Notes: generated by a model not told the origin, from the letters alone. Numbered from the stretch's first letter, positions 47,030-57,581 are shown. The stretch is DNA of 64,000 nt from Myxococcota bacterium (GCA_965250285.1 OZ252299.1:2400001-2464000), one strand, 5' to 3'. Translations and numbers: made by a program.

Positions 47030-48925
47030 TCAGCGCCCGAACTCGAGCGCCTCGCGCTTCGGCGTCTTCATCATCGCGTAGAGCTCGGCCGTCTCGTACG
47101 GCGTATTGATCAGCAGCCGCCGCTCCTTGTCGACGTAGTAGTTGCGCTCCACCGACCTCGTATCCTTGATGAAGGCGAGCTCGGCGCCCTCCGCGTCGGT
47201 CTCGGCGTTGTACCGCGCGTAGGCCTGCTCGGTCACGGCGACGCGGGCGTGGCCCTCGTCGAACATCGTGTCGAGGCACTGCGCGATGTAGGCGCCCCAG
47301 ATCTGGAACCACGAGGGCAGCGAGATGCCGCCCGAGACGGGCTGGGAGTTCGGCCCGTAGAGCATGAAGAAGTTGGGGAAGCGCGGGACCATCATGCCGA
47401 GATACGCCCGCGGGCTCCGCTCGCCCCAGTAGTCACGCAGGCGCAGGCCGCCCTCCCCCCGGTACTCGGCGGGCCACAGGAACTGATCGACCTCGAAGCC
47501 GGTCGCCGACACGATCACGTCGACCTCGTGGTGCTTGCCATCGGCGGTCTCGATCCCGGTCTTCGTGATGCGCTCGATGGCGTTCGTCTCGAGCTCGACG
47601 TTCTCGCGCGTGAGCGACGCGTACCAGCCATTGTCGACGACCGGGCGGCGCACCATCGGCGCGTAGTCGGGCAGCAGCCGCTCGAGCAGATCGGGGCGAT
47701 CGCCGATCTGTTCCTGGATGTATCCGATCAGGAAGTCGCGCAGCTCCTCGCTCTTCTGGGTGATGTGGCCGCCCTGCTTCTCCCATTCCGGGTCGGGAAT
47801 CAGGAAGTCTTCGTGCCAGGTCATGAGTCCGATGATCGACGTGTAGCGGCACCAGTTCCAATAGCCGGGCACGTGATCGAAGAGCCAACGCACCTCGGGC
47901 TCGACCGGGCGACCGTAGTTCGGGCGGGGCGCGATCCACTGCGGCGTGCGCTGAAAGACGCGGACGTGCTCGGCCAACTCGGCCACGGGCTTCAGCAGCT
48001 GCACGCCCGTCGAGCCATTGCCGATGACGGCAACGCGCTTGCCTCTCACGTCGAGGTCACTCGTCCACTGGGTTGGATGGAGCAGCGTCCCTTCGAAGTC
48101 ATCGACCCCGTCGATGTCGAGGCGCTTCGCCTTCGAGAACACGCCCGCCGCGCTGACGACGACATTGACCTCGCGCTCGACGCGCTCACCGCCCGGCCGC
48201 TCGAACGTCAGATGCCAGGTCGACGTCGCTTCGTCGAAGCACGCGTCCTCGAGGTCGTGGCCGAGCTGGATGTGGTCGGCGACCCCGTACTTCTCGGAGA
48301 TGAACTCGAGATATCGGCGCACCTCTTCGCCGCGAGCGAAGTACTCGCTCCACGGATACTCGTCGTCGAAGCTGAACTCATACGTGATGCTCAGCGTGTC
48401 GACCCGGATGTCGGGGTACTTGTGGATGCTCCAGGTGCCGCCGATTTCGGTCCGCCGGTCGTAGAGGGTGTAGGGAACGCCGAGTCGCTCGAGCTGCACC
48501 GCCATCGCGATACCCGCTGGCCCGGCACCCACGATCGCGACCTCGAAGTCTTCGGGCACCGGCTTCGCGTCGGCCGCACGTTCGAACTGAAACGGATAGG
48601 GCGTGAACGCGAGAAACTTGCGCCGCACCTCGAAGTGCTCTTCGCGGGTCGGGACGCCGAGCACGAGATCCATGAGTCGGCGCAGCTCGTCATCGCCGGG
48701 CACGCGGCGCTCGAGCGTGTCGCGCCGAGTCTCGAGCAGGTGCGCCACGCGCTCCTTCAAACGGCCACGATCGCCGTCGTCGAGCGTGGCGACGGGACCG
48801 AACTCGGCCAGCGCCTCGTCCCCGGTGCCCTGGTAGAGCGCGACGCGGAGGGCCGCGAGATCGCAAGCGTCGACGGCCCGCCGGATGAAGGCCCGGTCGA
48901 CTCGCTCGTTGCTGACTTCCCCCAC
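47030..48925 (-). CDS. BVMO-type flavoprotein monooxygenase with N-terminal extension (4-hydroxyacetophenone monooxygenase-like)
   Basis: GAGPAG, GGTW...YP, FEGTLLHPTQW, GNGSTG, ATGF, FPNFFMLYGPN. Confidence 0.88.
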   Translation of the reverse strand: MGEVSNERVDRAFIRRAVDACDLAALRVALYQGTGDEALAEFGPVATLDDGDRGRLKERVAHLLETRRDTLERRVPGDDELRRLMDLVLGVPTREEHFEVRRKFLAFTPYPFQFERAADAKPVPEDFEVAIVGAGPAGIAMAVQLERLGVPYTLYDRRTEIGGTWSIHKYPDIRVDTLSITYEFSFDDEYPWSEYFARGEEVRRYLEFISEKYGVADHIQLGHDLEDACFDEATSTWHLTFERPGGERVEREVNVVVSAAGVFSKAKRLDIDGVDDFEGTLLHPTQWTSDLDVRGKRVAVIGNGSTGVQLLKPVAELAEHVRVFQRTPQWIAPRPNYGRPVEPEVRWLFDHVPGYWNWCRYTSIIGLMTWHEDFLIPDPEWEKQGGHITQKSEELRDFLIGYIQEQIGDRPDLLERLLPDYAPMVRRPVVDNGWYASLTRENVELETNAIERITKTGIETADGKHHEVDVIVSATGFEVDQFLWPAEYRGEGGLRLRDYWGERSPRAYLGMMVPRFPNFFMLYGPNSQPVSGGISLPSWFQIWGAYIAQCLDTMFDEGHARVAVTEQAYARYNAETDAEGAELAFIKDTRSVERNYYVDKERRLLINTPYETAELYAMMKTPKREALEFGR

Positions 48926-48992
48926 GCGCCGATCCTCCTCGGGGCCGCGGCGCCCCAGGCCCGAGAAGGTGCCGGCTCGGCGCCCGACTCAC

Positions 48993-49022
48993 CCATTGCA
49001 ATGGCGATCCCCTTGTTGCAAT
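48993..49022. promoter_or_regulatory. Perfect 12-bp palindrome CCATTGCAATGG plus a second TTGCAAT copy; candidate IclR operator
   Basis: In the divergent gap between the monooxygenase and IclR genes. Confidence 0.55.
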
Positions 49023-49040
49023 CGTAATATCATGCGTCGT

Positions 49041-49907
49041 ATGTCCCGACGCGCTCTCTCTGCCACCCGCGCCGCCGACCTGATGAACTTCCTCGCGGCG
49101 CATCCCGACGAGTCGCTCTCGTACTCCGAGCTATCGCGACGCCTGGGCGTCAATCAGGCATCGACGCACAACCTGCTGATGGCCCTCACCGAGTGCGGCT
49201 ACCTCACACGCGACCCGAAGAGCCGGACGTTCTCGCTCGGGGCCGCGCTGGTCGCCCTCGGCGACGCCGCGCTGCGCAAGAACCCGATCATCGACGAGAC
49301 GCGGGTCGAGATGGCGAAGCTCGCGAAGGAGCTCGGGATGGGGGCGGTCGCGCTCGTGCGCGCGGGCGCCGATGCGCTGTGCATTGCGCGCACCGGCGCG
49401 CGCCGAGCCCAGGTCGATCCACCCGAGGTCGGCCAGCGCATTCCGATCATGGCGCCGCTCGTGTCGGTCTTCGTCGCGTGGGCGGGCGACGACGAGGTCG
49501 AGCAGTGGCTGCTGCGCGGGAGCGCAACGCGCGAAGCACAGCGCCGCGCGCGCGAGACCCTCGACCGGGTGCGCCAACGCGGCTACAGCGTCGCGCTCGA
49601 GGTGCCCGGTCGGCGGCGGCTCGGCGGTCTGATCGCCGATCTCGCCGAAGATCCCCATTCGAGCGAGCTGCGCGACCAGCTACATCGCACGATCGGCGAG
49701 CTCGGGCGCAGCTCGTATCAGCTGCGCGAGACCGACGGCCAGGATCAGAGCATCAGCACGATGACGGCTCCTGTCTTCGACCGCCATGGCGACGTGTGCG
49801 CGGCCGTGTCGCTGCAGGTCTTCGCCCGCGCGCTCGACCCCGACGGTGTCGCCGCGATCGGGGATCGCCTGCTCGACATGACGCGGCGGGTCTCGCGCGG
49901 CGCGTGA
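49041..49907 (+). CDS. IclR family regulator
   Basis: LSYSELSRRLGVNQASTHNLLMALTECGYL; C-terminal RGYSV and TAPVFD. Confidence 0.9.
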   Translation: MSRRALSATRAADLMNFLAAHPDESLSYSELSRRLGVNQASTHNLLMALTECGYLTRDPKSRTFSLGAALVALGDAALRKNPIIDETRVEMAKLAKELGMGAVALVRAGADALCIARTGARRAQVDPPEVGQRIPIMAPLVSVFVAWAGDDEVEQWLLRGSATREAQRRARETLDRVRQRGYSVALEVPGRRRLGGLIADLAEDPHSSELRDQLHRTIGELGRSSYQLRETDGQDQSISTMTAPVFDRHGDVCAAVSLQVFARALDPDGVAAIGDRLLDMTRRVSRGA

Positions 49908-49922
49908 GGGTCGCGCCGGCGG

Positions 49923-50957
49923 TCAGGCCTCGTGAGCAAACCGGGCCATGCTCGCGGCCGTGGCGCGACTGATGTCGGGGCAGGCCATCTGGAAGATCTC
50001 GGTCGCGTGGACGGTCCCCATCACCTGACGACAGCGCGCCGACACACCCGCGCGCAGCAGCAGCCGGTAGAAGGCGATGCCCTCGTCCCGCAGCGGGTCG
50101 CACTCGTTCACACTGACCACCGTCGGCGGCAGCCCACGCACGTCGGTCTCGGTGGCGAATGAGGGCCAGGCGAGCGGATTGCCCTGCTCGAGGTGCTCGA
50201 TGCCGTACGCCATCGCCGGGCGATTGTTGTGCATGTCGATCAGCAGACCGTTGTTCTCGGTCGACGAAGGAAATCGATCCTGCGGCCAGCGGCCCGCGAT
50301 GTACGGGCACAGCGCGTACAGGCCGCGGACGACGCCGGCGTCGCCCTCTCTCGCGAGTCGCATGCCCGTCGCGAGTGTGAGATTCCCACCCCCGCTCTCG
50401 CCCGAGACGATCAGATGTGCGGGGTCGATGCCGAGCGCAGCGGCGTTCGATGCAGCCCACCGCACCCCCGAGACGCAGTCGTCGAGGCCCGCCGGAAACG
50501 GCGCGACCTCGGGCGCAGACGACGCGACGAGGCAGTTGCGAAAGTCGACCATCACCACCGCCACGCCCTGGGCGGCGATCGTGCGGGCCCAAGCGCGGTA
50601 GATGCCGTCGAAACACGACTGGGTCTGAAGGCCACCGCCGTGGAAGTACACGATGCCGGGCTTCGGCTCGGCGACGTCGGGGCGCACGAGCAGCACTTGG
50701 ATCGTGTTGCCATCGGGCGAAGAGTCGAACGCGTGCGTCTCGGTCCTCAGACCATGTGACGGCGCGATCTCCTCCGAGTCGAGCTGGTCCATCGACGCCT
50801 TCATCGCCGCGGCGGCCGCGATCGCCTCGGGGCTGTTCGCCTCGGCCAGCATCGCCTCGCGACTCTCGGCGTCGGGGCGAGCGCGTGTGGGAAAGGCACC
50901 CAGCGTCGCCTTGATGCGGGGATCGATCCGCGGATCGGCCTCGATGGGGGTCTTCAT
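49923..50957 (-). CDS. HSL-family (family IV) esterase/lipase
   Basis: YFHGGG, SGESGGG, ECDPLRDEG, terminal His (TVH). Confidence 0.92.
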   Translation of the reverse strand: MKTPIEADPRIDPRIKATLGAFPTRARPDAESREAMLAEANSPEAIAAAAAMKASMDQLDSEEIAPSHGLRTETHAFDSSPDGNTIQVLLVRPDVAEPKPGIVYFHGGGLQTQSCFDGIYRAWARTIAAQGVAVVMVDFRNCLVASSAPEVAPFPAGLDDCVSGVRWAASNAAALGIDPAHLIVSGESGGGNLTLATGMRLAREGDAGVVRGLYALCPYIAGRWPQDRFPSSTENNGLLIDMHNNRPAMAYGIEHLEQGNPLAWPSFATETDVRGLPPTVVSVNECDPLRDEGIAFYRLLLRAGVSARCRQVMGTVHATEIFQMACPDISRATAASMARFAHEA

Positions 50958-50988
50958 CTGCTCGCGGCCTCGTTCGCCCGGTCGGAAA

Positions 50989-52068
50989 TCACGCGCGGGC
51001 CGCCTCGAACTCGAGCACGCCGCGGGCGAGGCGACCGGCCGCCATGTCGTCGAGCACCTCGGCGATCGACTCCATCGGGTACAGCTTGGTCACCATCTCG
51101 TCGAGCATGAACTTGCCGGCGAGATAGAGCTCGGCGTAGCGCGGAATGTCGCGCTGGGGCCGGCTGGCGCCGTAGCGGCAACCGAGGATCGAGCGATCGA
51201 GAAAGAGGTCTTCGGGGCGAAACTCGACGCCGGTACCGAAGGGCGTCACGCCGAGGATCACGAGGCTGCCGGCCCAGTCGAGGTACTGGATGGCCTGCTC
51301 CATGACCTGCTTGTGCCCGACGCACTCGAACACCCAGTCGGCACCGCCGCGCGTCACGTCCTTCACGGCTTCGGTGACGTCGACCGCACTCGCATCGATG
51401 AAGTGGGTCGCGCCGAACTGTCGCGCCATCGTCTCTTTCGCGGGGTTGGTATCGACGGCCACGATCGGATCGGCGCCGACGAGGCGCAGCGCCTGCAGCG
51501 AGTTCAGACCGATCCCGCCCACCCCCACGACCACGGCCGATTCGGCCGCCTCGACCTTCGCACGGTTGAGCACGGCTCCCGCTCCGGTCAACACGCCGCA
51601 GCCGAGCAGACATGCCGACGCGAATGGCACGGCCTTCGGGATCGGCACCGCCTGCGTCGCCTTGACCACGGTCACCTCGGCGAACGAAGACACATTGGCA
51701 AAGGCGTAGTGCGCTTCGCCGTCGAGCGTGAACGGCGTAGGGCGGTGGCCGAAGGTGCTGCGACACATGGTCGGACGGCCGCCATCGCAGTGCTCGCACG
51801 TGCCGCAGTTGCCCAGGGTCGAGAGCACGACGTGGTCGCCCCGTGTGAGGTGCTTCACCCCGGGCCCGATCTCCTCGACGACGCCCGCGCCCTCGTGACC
51901 GAGCACCACCGGGGTCGGGAACGGAATCGTGCCGTCGATCACGCTGACGTCGCTGTGGCAGACGCCCGAGTTCACGATCCGCACGGCGACTTCGCCGGCA
52001 CCGGGTGCGCGCACCTCGAGCCCGTCGCGCACGCCCACGGCGTGACCATCGAAGACGATCCCCTTCAT
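50989..52068 (-). CDS. Zn-dependent alcohol dehydrogenase (MDR family)
   Basis: GVCHSD, GHEGAG, CGTCEHC...C structural Zn site, GCGVLTG, GVGGIG; RBS before ATG 52068. Confidence 0.95.
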   Translation of the reverse strand: MKGIVFDGHAVGVRDGLEVRAPGAGEVAVRIVNSGVCHSDVSVIDGTIPFPTPVVLGHEGAGVVEEIGPGVKHLTRGDHVVLSTLGNCGTCEHCDGGRPTMCRSTFGHRPTPFTLDGEAHYAFANVSSFAEVTVVKATQAVPIPKAVPFASACLLGCGVLTGAGAVLNRAKVEAAESAVVVGVGGIGLNSLQALRLVGADPIVAVDTNPAKETMARQFGATHFIDASAVDVTEAVKDVTRGGADWVFECVGHKQVMEQAIQYLDWAGSLVILGVTPFGTGVEFRPEDLFLDRSILGCRYGASRPQRDIPRYAELYLAGKFMLDEMVTKLYPMESIAEVLDDMAAGRLARGVLEFEAARA

Positions 52069-52260
52069 GCGCGGCTCTTCCTCTTCCAAACGCGGCATCG
52101 ACGGTTCGCGTTCGCATCAGCGGCCGCCTTCGACCCACGCGCGCCGGCCGACGGAGACTCGCTGAGAAAGGTACATGTGTGTCCGGTCGACCCCAAAACT
52201 ATACTTCGCGCGCAGCGAGTTCATCTCCGAACCCACCGCCGACCGACGGAAGCGAGCCCG

Positions 52261-54081
52261 ATGAGTTCTTCTGACACAGGCGCACCGAGCGCGACGCAAG
52301 CCGACGCCGATCTCGAAGCGATCCGCGAGAAGTACCGGATCGAGCGCGACAAGCGCCTGCGCAAGGACGGCTCATCGCAGTTTCGCGAGCTGATGAGCGA
52401 AGGCTCGCACAACGACGTCGACCCCTACGTCGAGCCGGGCTTCACCCGCCCGAAGGTCGAGGCCGACACCGAGGTCCTGATCGTGGGCGGTGGCTTCGGC
52501 GGGATGCTCATGGCGGTGCAGCTTCGCAAGGCGGGCATCGACGACTTTCGCATCGTCGAGGCGGGCGGCGACTTCGGCGGCACCTGGTACTGGAACCGCT
52601 ACCCCGGCGTGCAGTGCGACGTCGAGTCGTACATCTACATGCCGCTGCTCGAAGAGATCGGCACGATCCCCACCGAGAAGTACGCGCATGGCCCCGAGAT
52701 CTTTGCCCACGCGCAGGCGATCGGCCGACACTACGACCTCTACGACAACGCCCTCTTTCAGACGCAGGTCTCCGGGCTCGAATGGGACGAAGACGCACGG
52801 CGATGGACGGTCGAGACCGACCGCGACGATCGAATTCGCGCCCGCTTCGTCTGCATGGCCAACGGGCCGTACTCGAAGCCCAAGCTGCCCGGAATCTCCG
52901 GGGCGGCCGACTTCGAGGGACACACGTTCCACACGAGCCGGTGGGACTACGCGTACACGGGCGGTGATACCACCGGCGGCCTGACGAAGCTCGCCGACAA
53001 ACGCGTCGGCGTGATCGGGACCGGCGCGACCGCGATTCAGTGCCTACCGCATCTCGGCCGAGACGCGGGCGAGGTCTTCGTCTTTCAGCGTACGCCGTCG
53101 ACGGTCGACGTGCGTGACAACGCGCCAACCGAACCCGGCTTCGCCGACTCACTCGAGCCGGGCTGGCAGCAGCGCCGCATGGACAACTTCAACATCTTGA
53201 TGGATGGCGGAGCCCAGGAAGAAGACCTGGTCGGCGATCGCTGGACCGAGCTCACCAAGGGCATGTACGAGGTGCTCGCGAGCCACCCGAATCCCGCTGA
53301 GGTCACGCCCGAAGAGATGGGCCTCATCGCCGAGCGCGTCGATCTGAAGAAGATGGAGCGCATCCGTGGGCGCATCGACGCGATCATCGAAGACGAAGCG
53401 ACCGCCGAAGCCCTCAAGCCCTGGTACCGCTACCTCTGCAAGCGCCCGTGCTTCCACGACGAGTACCTGCAGGCCTTCAACCGACCGAACGTCACGCTCG
53501 TCGATACCGACGGTCGAGGCGTCGACGCGATCACGCCCCGCGGCGTCGTCGCGAACGGGCGCGAGTACGAGCTCGACTGCCTGATCTTTGCGACGGGCTT
53601 CGACGTCAGCTCGAACTACACACGGCGCGTCGGCTACGACGTCGTCGGGCCCGAAGGCCACAAGCTCAGCGAGAAGTGGGCCGGCTACACCGCCACGTTC
53701 CAGAGCTTCTTCACGCGCGGCTTCCCGAACTGCTTTTTCATGATGGGCTTCCAGAGCGGCCTCACACCCAACATCCCCCACGCGATCAACGAACAGAGCC
53801 AGCACCTGGCCTACGTGATCCGCGAGGCGCGCGAGCGGGGCGCGACACGGGTCGAACCGAGCCAGGCCGCCGAAGAAGGCTGGTGTGCGAAGATCGCCGA
53901 GGGCAGCCCCTTCCTCGAGCTGCAGGCGAGCTGCACGCCCGGCTACTTCAACGACGAAGGACAGGCGGGCGAGACGGAGGGATGGCTCGCCGGGTTCTAC
54001 CCCGAAGGCTCGGAGGCCTTCTTCGAGCGCATTCGCGCTTGGCGGGCCGAGGGGGGGCTCGAGGGTCTCGAGCTCGACTGA
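52261..54081 (+). CDS. Type I Baeyer-Villiger monooxygenase (CPDMO/PntE-like long form)
   Basis: KYRIERDKRLR, GGGFGG, GGTWYWNRYPG, FEGHTFHTSRWDY, GTGATA, CTPGYFNDEG. Confidence 0.93.
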   Translation: MSSSDTGAPSATQADADLEAIREKYRIERDKRLRKDGSSQFRELMSEGSHNDVDPYVEPGFTRPKVEADTEVLIVGGGFGGMLMAVQLRKAGIDDFRIVEAGGDFGGTWYWNRYPGVQCDVESYIYMPLLEEIGTIPTEKYAHGPEIFAHAQAIGRHYDLYDNALFQTQVSGLEWDEDARRWTVETDRDDRIRARFVCMANGPYSKPKLPGISGAADFEGHTFHTSRWDYAYTGGDTTGGLTKLADKRVGVIGTGATAIQCLPHLGRDAGEVFVFQRTPSTVDVRDNAPTEPGFADSLEPGWQQRRMDNFNILMDGGAQEEDLVGDRWTELTKGMYEVLASHPNPAEVTPEEMGLIAERVDLKKMERIRGRIDAIIEDEATAEALKPWYRYLCKRPCFHDEYLQAFNRPNVTLVDTDGRGVDAITPRGVVANGREYELDCLIFATGFDVSSNYTRRVGYDVVGPEGHKLSEKWAGYTATFQSFFTRGFPNCFFMMGFQSGLTPNIPHAINEQSQHLAYVIREARERGATRVEPSQAAEEGWCAKIAEGSPFLELQASCTPGYFNDEGQAGETEGWLAGFYPEGSEAFFERIRAWRAEGGLEGLELD

Positions 54082-54187
54082 TCCAGACACGCCCCCGCGG
54101 CGGGCCGACGCTGGGAAACTCCGCAAGAGCGCCCCGCCCGCCCGAAAGCAGCCGAGGCACGATTCAGGATGCAGCGCGACATCGGGC

Positions 54188-55246
54188 CTACGACGAGGCC
54201 GCAGAAGCCCCTGCGGCGCTCGGTGCGCCACCCGCGGATTCGTTCGGTTGCGCTCGCCAACTCGGACAGCGCTCGAACAACTCGGTGAGATCACCGTCCA
54301 TGCGGACGAAAGCGAGCCGATCGGCACCGATGGCGATCTCGAGGATCTCTCCGCCGGCGTCCATCAGGCGGTAGCCCTCCAGATCGACTTCGGTCCCGTC
54401 TTCGTCGCGATGCTCGATCGAGCCGAGGCGTGCAACGAGCTGAGCCTCTCCAGGCGCCGCGAACGGGCCAATGTTCAGGTAGGCGAGTTCGCCCTCGCTC
54501 CAAAGCGTGTACTCCATTTCTCGGAAGCGGGCGCTGTCGATGTCCCCGGCTTTGCACATCGGTACGTACGTGCCGTGGTGACCGGCGAGAAAGCCGTCGC
54601 CCGCCGACGCGCGCTGGGTCATGGCCTTGAAGTCTTCGCGGCGATCGAGCGGTCCAGGGACGCCATCCTCGGCGACCTGGAACGACAGCGACATGCACCA
54701 GTCGGGCGAGTGCAGCACCGATGTATCGACGTAGACGCCATCGCCATCGAAGCGGCGCAGTTCTTCGCGCAGAGCGCCGACCGAGGAGACCTCGACGCGC
54801 GGTTGCCGATCGCCCGTCTGCTCGACGGCCCACGTGTAGACGGCTTCGATCAGCTCGCCGTCGCAGTCGCCGTGGGGCGATTGGAAGTCGCCGAGCAGCG
54901 CAGCGATCCCTTCGATCCGCTCCGGCTCGCCCGACGTCATCACGGCGAGATCGACCACACGATGATCGAAGAGCTCTGGACGCTCGTCGGTGTCGAGTGA
55001 GAGCGGCATGGCCCAGCGTCCGTTCTTGCGATCCATCTCGAGCGGTGAGCCCGTGAGCGCCTGCAGGATCGCGCTGCCCTGATCGACTGAACCGCCGAGT
55101 GCAATCCCCAACACCGAGACCGCGCCCTCCGCAGGGACGGCCGCACGCTCGATATCGCCAGAACGATCGTCCTCGGCCTCGCCGCAAGCCACGGTCGACA
55201 TGAGCGCGATCAAAGCAATCGCGAGCCTGATTCGAATCTCGAACAT
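54188..55246 (-). CDS. Hypothetical lipoprotein
   Basis: Hydrophobic signal with TVAC lipobox; acidic body; no recognised domain. Confidence 0.6.
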   Translation of the reverse strand: MFEIRIRLAIALIALMSTVACGEAEDDRSGDIERAAVPAEGAVSVLGIALGGSVDQGSAILQALTGSPLEMDRKNGRWAMPLSLDTDERPELFDHRVVDLAVMTSGEPERIEGIAALLGDFQSPHGDCDGELIEAVYTWAVEQTGDRQPRVEVSSVGALREELRRFDGDGVYVDTSVLHSPDWCMSLSFQVAEDGVPGPLDRREDFKAMTQRASAGDGFLAGHHGTYVPMCKAGDIDSARFREMEYTLWSEGELAYLNIGPFAAPGEAQLVARLGSIEHRDEDGTEVDLEGYRLMDAGGEILEIAIGADRLAFVRMDGDLTELFERCPSWRAQPNESAGGAPSAAGASAASS

Positions 55247-55587
55247 TCCTTCTACTGCCACCTTGTCCCTCACATGAATGGCTCAGATTCAGTACGGGCC
55301 GAGTCTCCTACTTTTTTTGCGGCCCGTCACCATACACCGCAGAGCGACACAGGCGATCGAGGCACACACGAAGCGCGACCCGGCCGTTTGGGATCGCTTT
55401 GAAAACAGCTACTTGACTCGAGGGGGGCGTCCGCTTGTGCCAGTCACCATGCCGCGCCTCGGGCCGAGAATCGACACGCGCCTGCGTTGCACGTGCGCAG
55501 AAACAGCTACCGCGCCGTACACGTTGGGGTTTAGACTGAACCGGCATAGCTCCGCATATCGAGGCTGAGTGTTTGGAGGAAACTCTC

Positions 55588-57492
55588 ATGAACATGAATA
55601 CGAAACGTTCGAGCGCGTTCCGGCGGTTGCTGGCCGTGCTGAGCATCGTCGCATTAACCGGATCACTCGCATCGCCGGTGTTCGCACGCGGCGGCGGAGG
55701 TGGCGGCGGAGACGGCGACTCGATCTTCGACTATCCCCGTCCAAGCAACCGATCACTGCGCGCCATGGAAGACTACCTGCGCGATCTCGACCCGGACGAC
55801 ATCACGCTCGCGCTTTATCGCACCTACCTGCCCTTCCGCGGTCGGCGCGCGGTGCCGTTGCCGTCGATCGAAGAGTTCAAGCGAGGAAGGGGCCAAGGCG
55901 AGCTCGACCTCTGCCCGATCACGCGCGTGCTTGATGAGCGATTCATCAACTTCTCGCGCGTCTACGATCTGCTGATCTCTCGAGAAGGCGACGGCGTCGA
56001 CTTCCTCGTCGAGATGGCGCGCGCGCTGCGCGTCCCGGTAACGCTCGAGCCCGAGAACGACTTCCCGTTCTGCGCATGGTGGGGCTTCGTGGACGAGCGC
56101 TTCTTCAACTGGATCTTCCCGGATTCGGTCGCCACCTATTGGTTCCAGCCGTTCATTGCGCCCGGCCGGAACAACAACAACCGCGATCAGTGGCACCTCG
56201 AGGGGCGATTCATTCGCGAGCGCTACAAGTCGTTCGCGCTCTATGACTTCGCCTTCAACCCCTTCGAATGGGAGGCTGGGGGGGCCTACGTCAACTCGAC
56301 CGTCACCGACTTCGAGCTGATCCCCGTCACAGGCAGGAGCCCGTGGCGCGAGAAAATCCCGCTGCTGCAGTACGGCACGTTCAAGATCATCATCACGTCG
56401 GCACCGACGAGACAAGATATCTTGTCGGACGACTTCAACGTGATTCCGTTCTACAGCAACGTTATCGAGTCGGAACGGTTCGTGAGAGAACGTGCCGGTA
56501 TCCCATTGCCCCTGCCGTGTAACCGAGACGACCCGGACAACACGGTGACCTGTCCGAACGAGGACATGTTCCAGGTGCCCGCGGCCGAGCTCGAGCAGGG
56601 CGTGGTTTCGAACGTGAACAATGCGTACGTGGTGTCGATCACCAAGTCGCTCACCGTTCCGCTCTCCGAGCCCCGCACCCAGCGCCCTGTGGCGCTGGTG
56701 ATTCGTGGCAAGGTGCCGCTCACGCCGGGTAGCCGGCAGCCGCCGAACAACGAGGCTTGCGACACCAACATCCTGACGAGCGAAGATGCGTGCTACTGCC
56801 AGCGAAACCCCGATGCCTGTCAAGCCGTGCCGTGGATCCGCATTCCGTCTCAGGCCCGAAACCCGGGCGAGCCGCGATACCTCGGCCCCCGCGATCGCGA
56901 AGACCGTGATCTCGAGATGCGGTACTGGTCGATCTGTACGGCCGTCTACAACATTCCGTACCCGACGATCGGTAACATCTTGCCGAGGAACCGGCTGCGG
57001 GAGAACACGGGCTGCGTTCCGGATTCGGACATCATTCAGACCAACAAGAATGGTAAGCCGAAGCCGGATGGCGGCTGGTTCACGGCGGTCGTGAGCTCTG
57101 AAGCCGCGAAGCCCGAAGTCTTCAAGATCGACGCTGCCGGCGGCTCGCGGAACACGCTTGTCGGAGCGAATTGGATCGAAGGTGTCGAAGGCGTCAAGAT
57201 CCTGATCAACCTGCGCAACATGTACCCCAGCACCAACTTCGACAAGAGCGTCGGACGCGTGGGGGCAGACTCGAGCTGGGTGACGGCCTTCAACACGATG
57301 AAGAAGTTCTACCCCGTAATCAACGCGATCTGCCCCGTCGAGCGCATCAACAAGCTCGGCTGGGGAGCCTGTATCGCACCTCGGATCGACGACACGTGCG
57401 GTCGCCCCGATTGCGACCGGTTCGAGGAAACGGCCATCGGCCCGGCTGGTATCGCCAGCCCGAGCCAGGGCCCGAACGGCATGCTGCAGTAA
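55588..57492 (+). CDS. Large hypothetical secreted Cys-rich protein
   Basis: GGAGG RBS, signal peptide ending VFA, poly-Gly linker, motifs FPDSVATYW, RYKSFALY, MRYWSIC. Confidence 0.8.
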   Translation: MNMNTKRSSAFRRLLAVLSIVALTGSLASPVFARGGGGGGGDGDSIFDYPRPSNRSLRAMEDYLRDLDPDDITLALYRTYLPFRGRRAVPLPSIEEFKRGRGQGELDLCPITRVLDERFINFSRVYDLLISREGDGVDFLVEMARALRVPVTLEPENDFPFCAWWGFVDERFFNWIFPDSVATYWFQPFIAPGRNNNNRDQWHLEGRFIRERYKSFALYDFAFNPFEWEAGGAYVNSTVTDFELIPVTGRSPWREKIPLLQYGTFKIIITSAPTRQDILSDDFNVIPFYSNVIESERFVRERAGIPLPLPCNRDDPDNTVTCPNEDMFQVPAAELEQGVVSNVNNAYVVSITKSLTVPLSEPRTQRPVALVIRGKVPLTPGSRQPPNNEACDTNILTSEDACYCQRNPDACQAVPWIRIPSQARNPGEPRYLGPRDREDRDLEMRYWSICTAVYNIPYPTIGNILPRNRLRENTGCVPDSDIIQTNKNGKPKPDGGWFTAVVSSEAAKPEVFKIDAAGGSRNTLVGANWIEGVEGVKILINLRNMYPSTNFDKSVGRVGADSSWVTAFNTMKKFYPVINAICPVERINKLGWGACIAPRIDDTCGRPDCDRFEETAIGPAGIASPSQGPNGMLQ

Positions 57493-57516
57493 CGCAGAGG
57501 CCGCTCGATCATGGCG

Positions 57517-57554
57517 AGCCCGCCGGGCCTTGTGCCCGGCGGGCTTTGCTTTTT
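57517..57554 (+). terminator. Rho-independent terminator
   Basis: 12-bp stem agcccgccgggc/gcccggcgggct, 5-nt loop, then ttgcttttt; 24 nt after the stop at 57492. Confidence 0.85.
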
Positions 57555-57581
57555 GTGCGGCCTGGCATTTAGAATGAGGCG

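Noticed and set aside
50653..52260. N-terminal half of the 1142-aa ORF, suggesting a giant BVMO fusion
   Set aside because: It is the antisense of the Zn-ADH and esterase genes; the BVMO starts at ATG 52261
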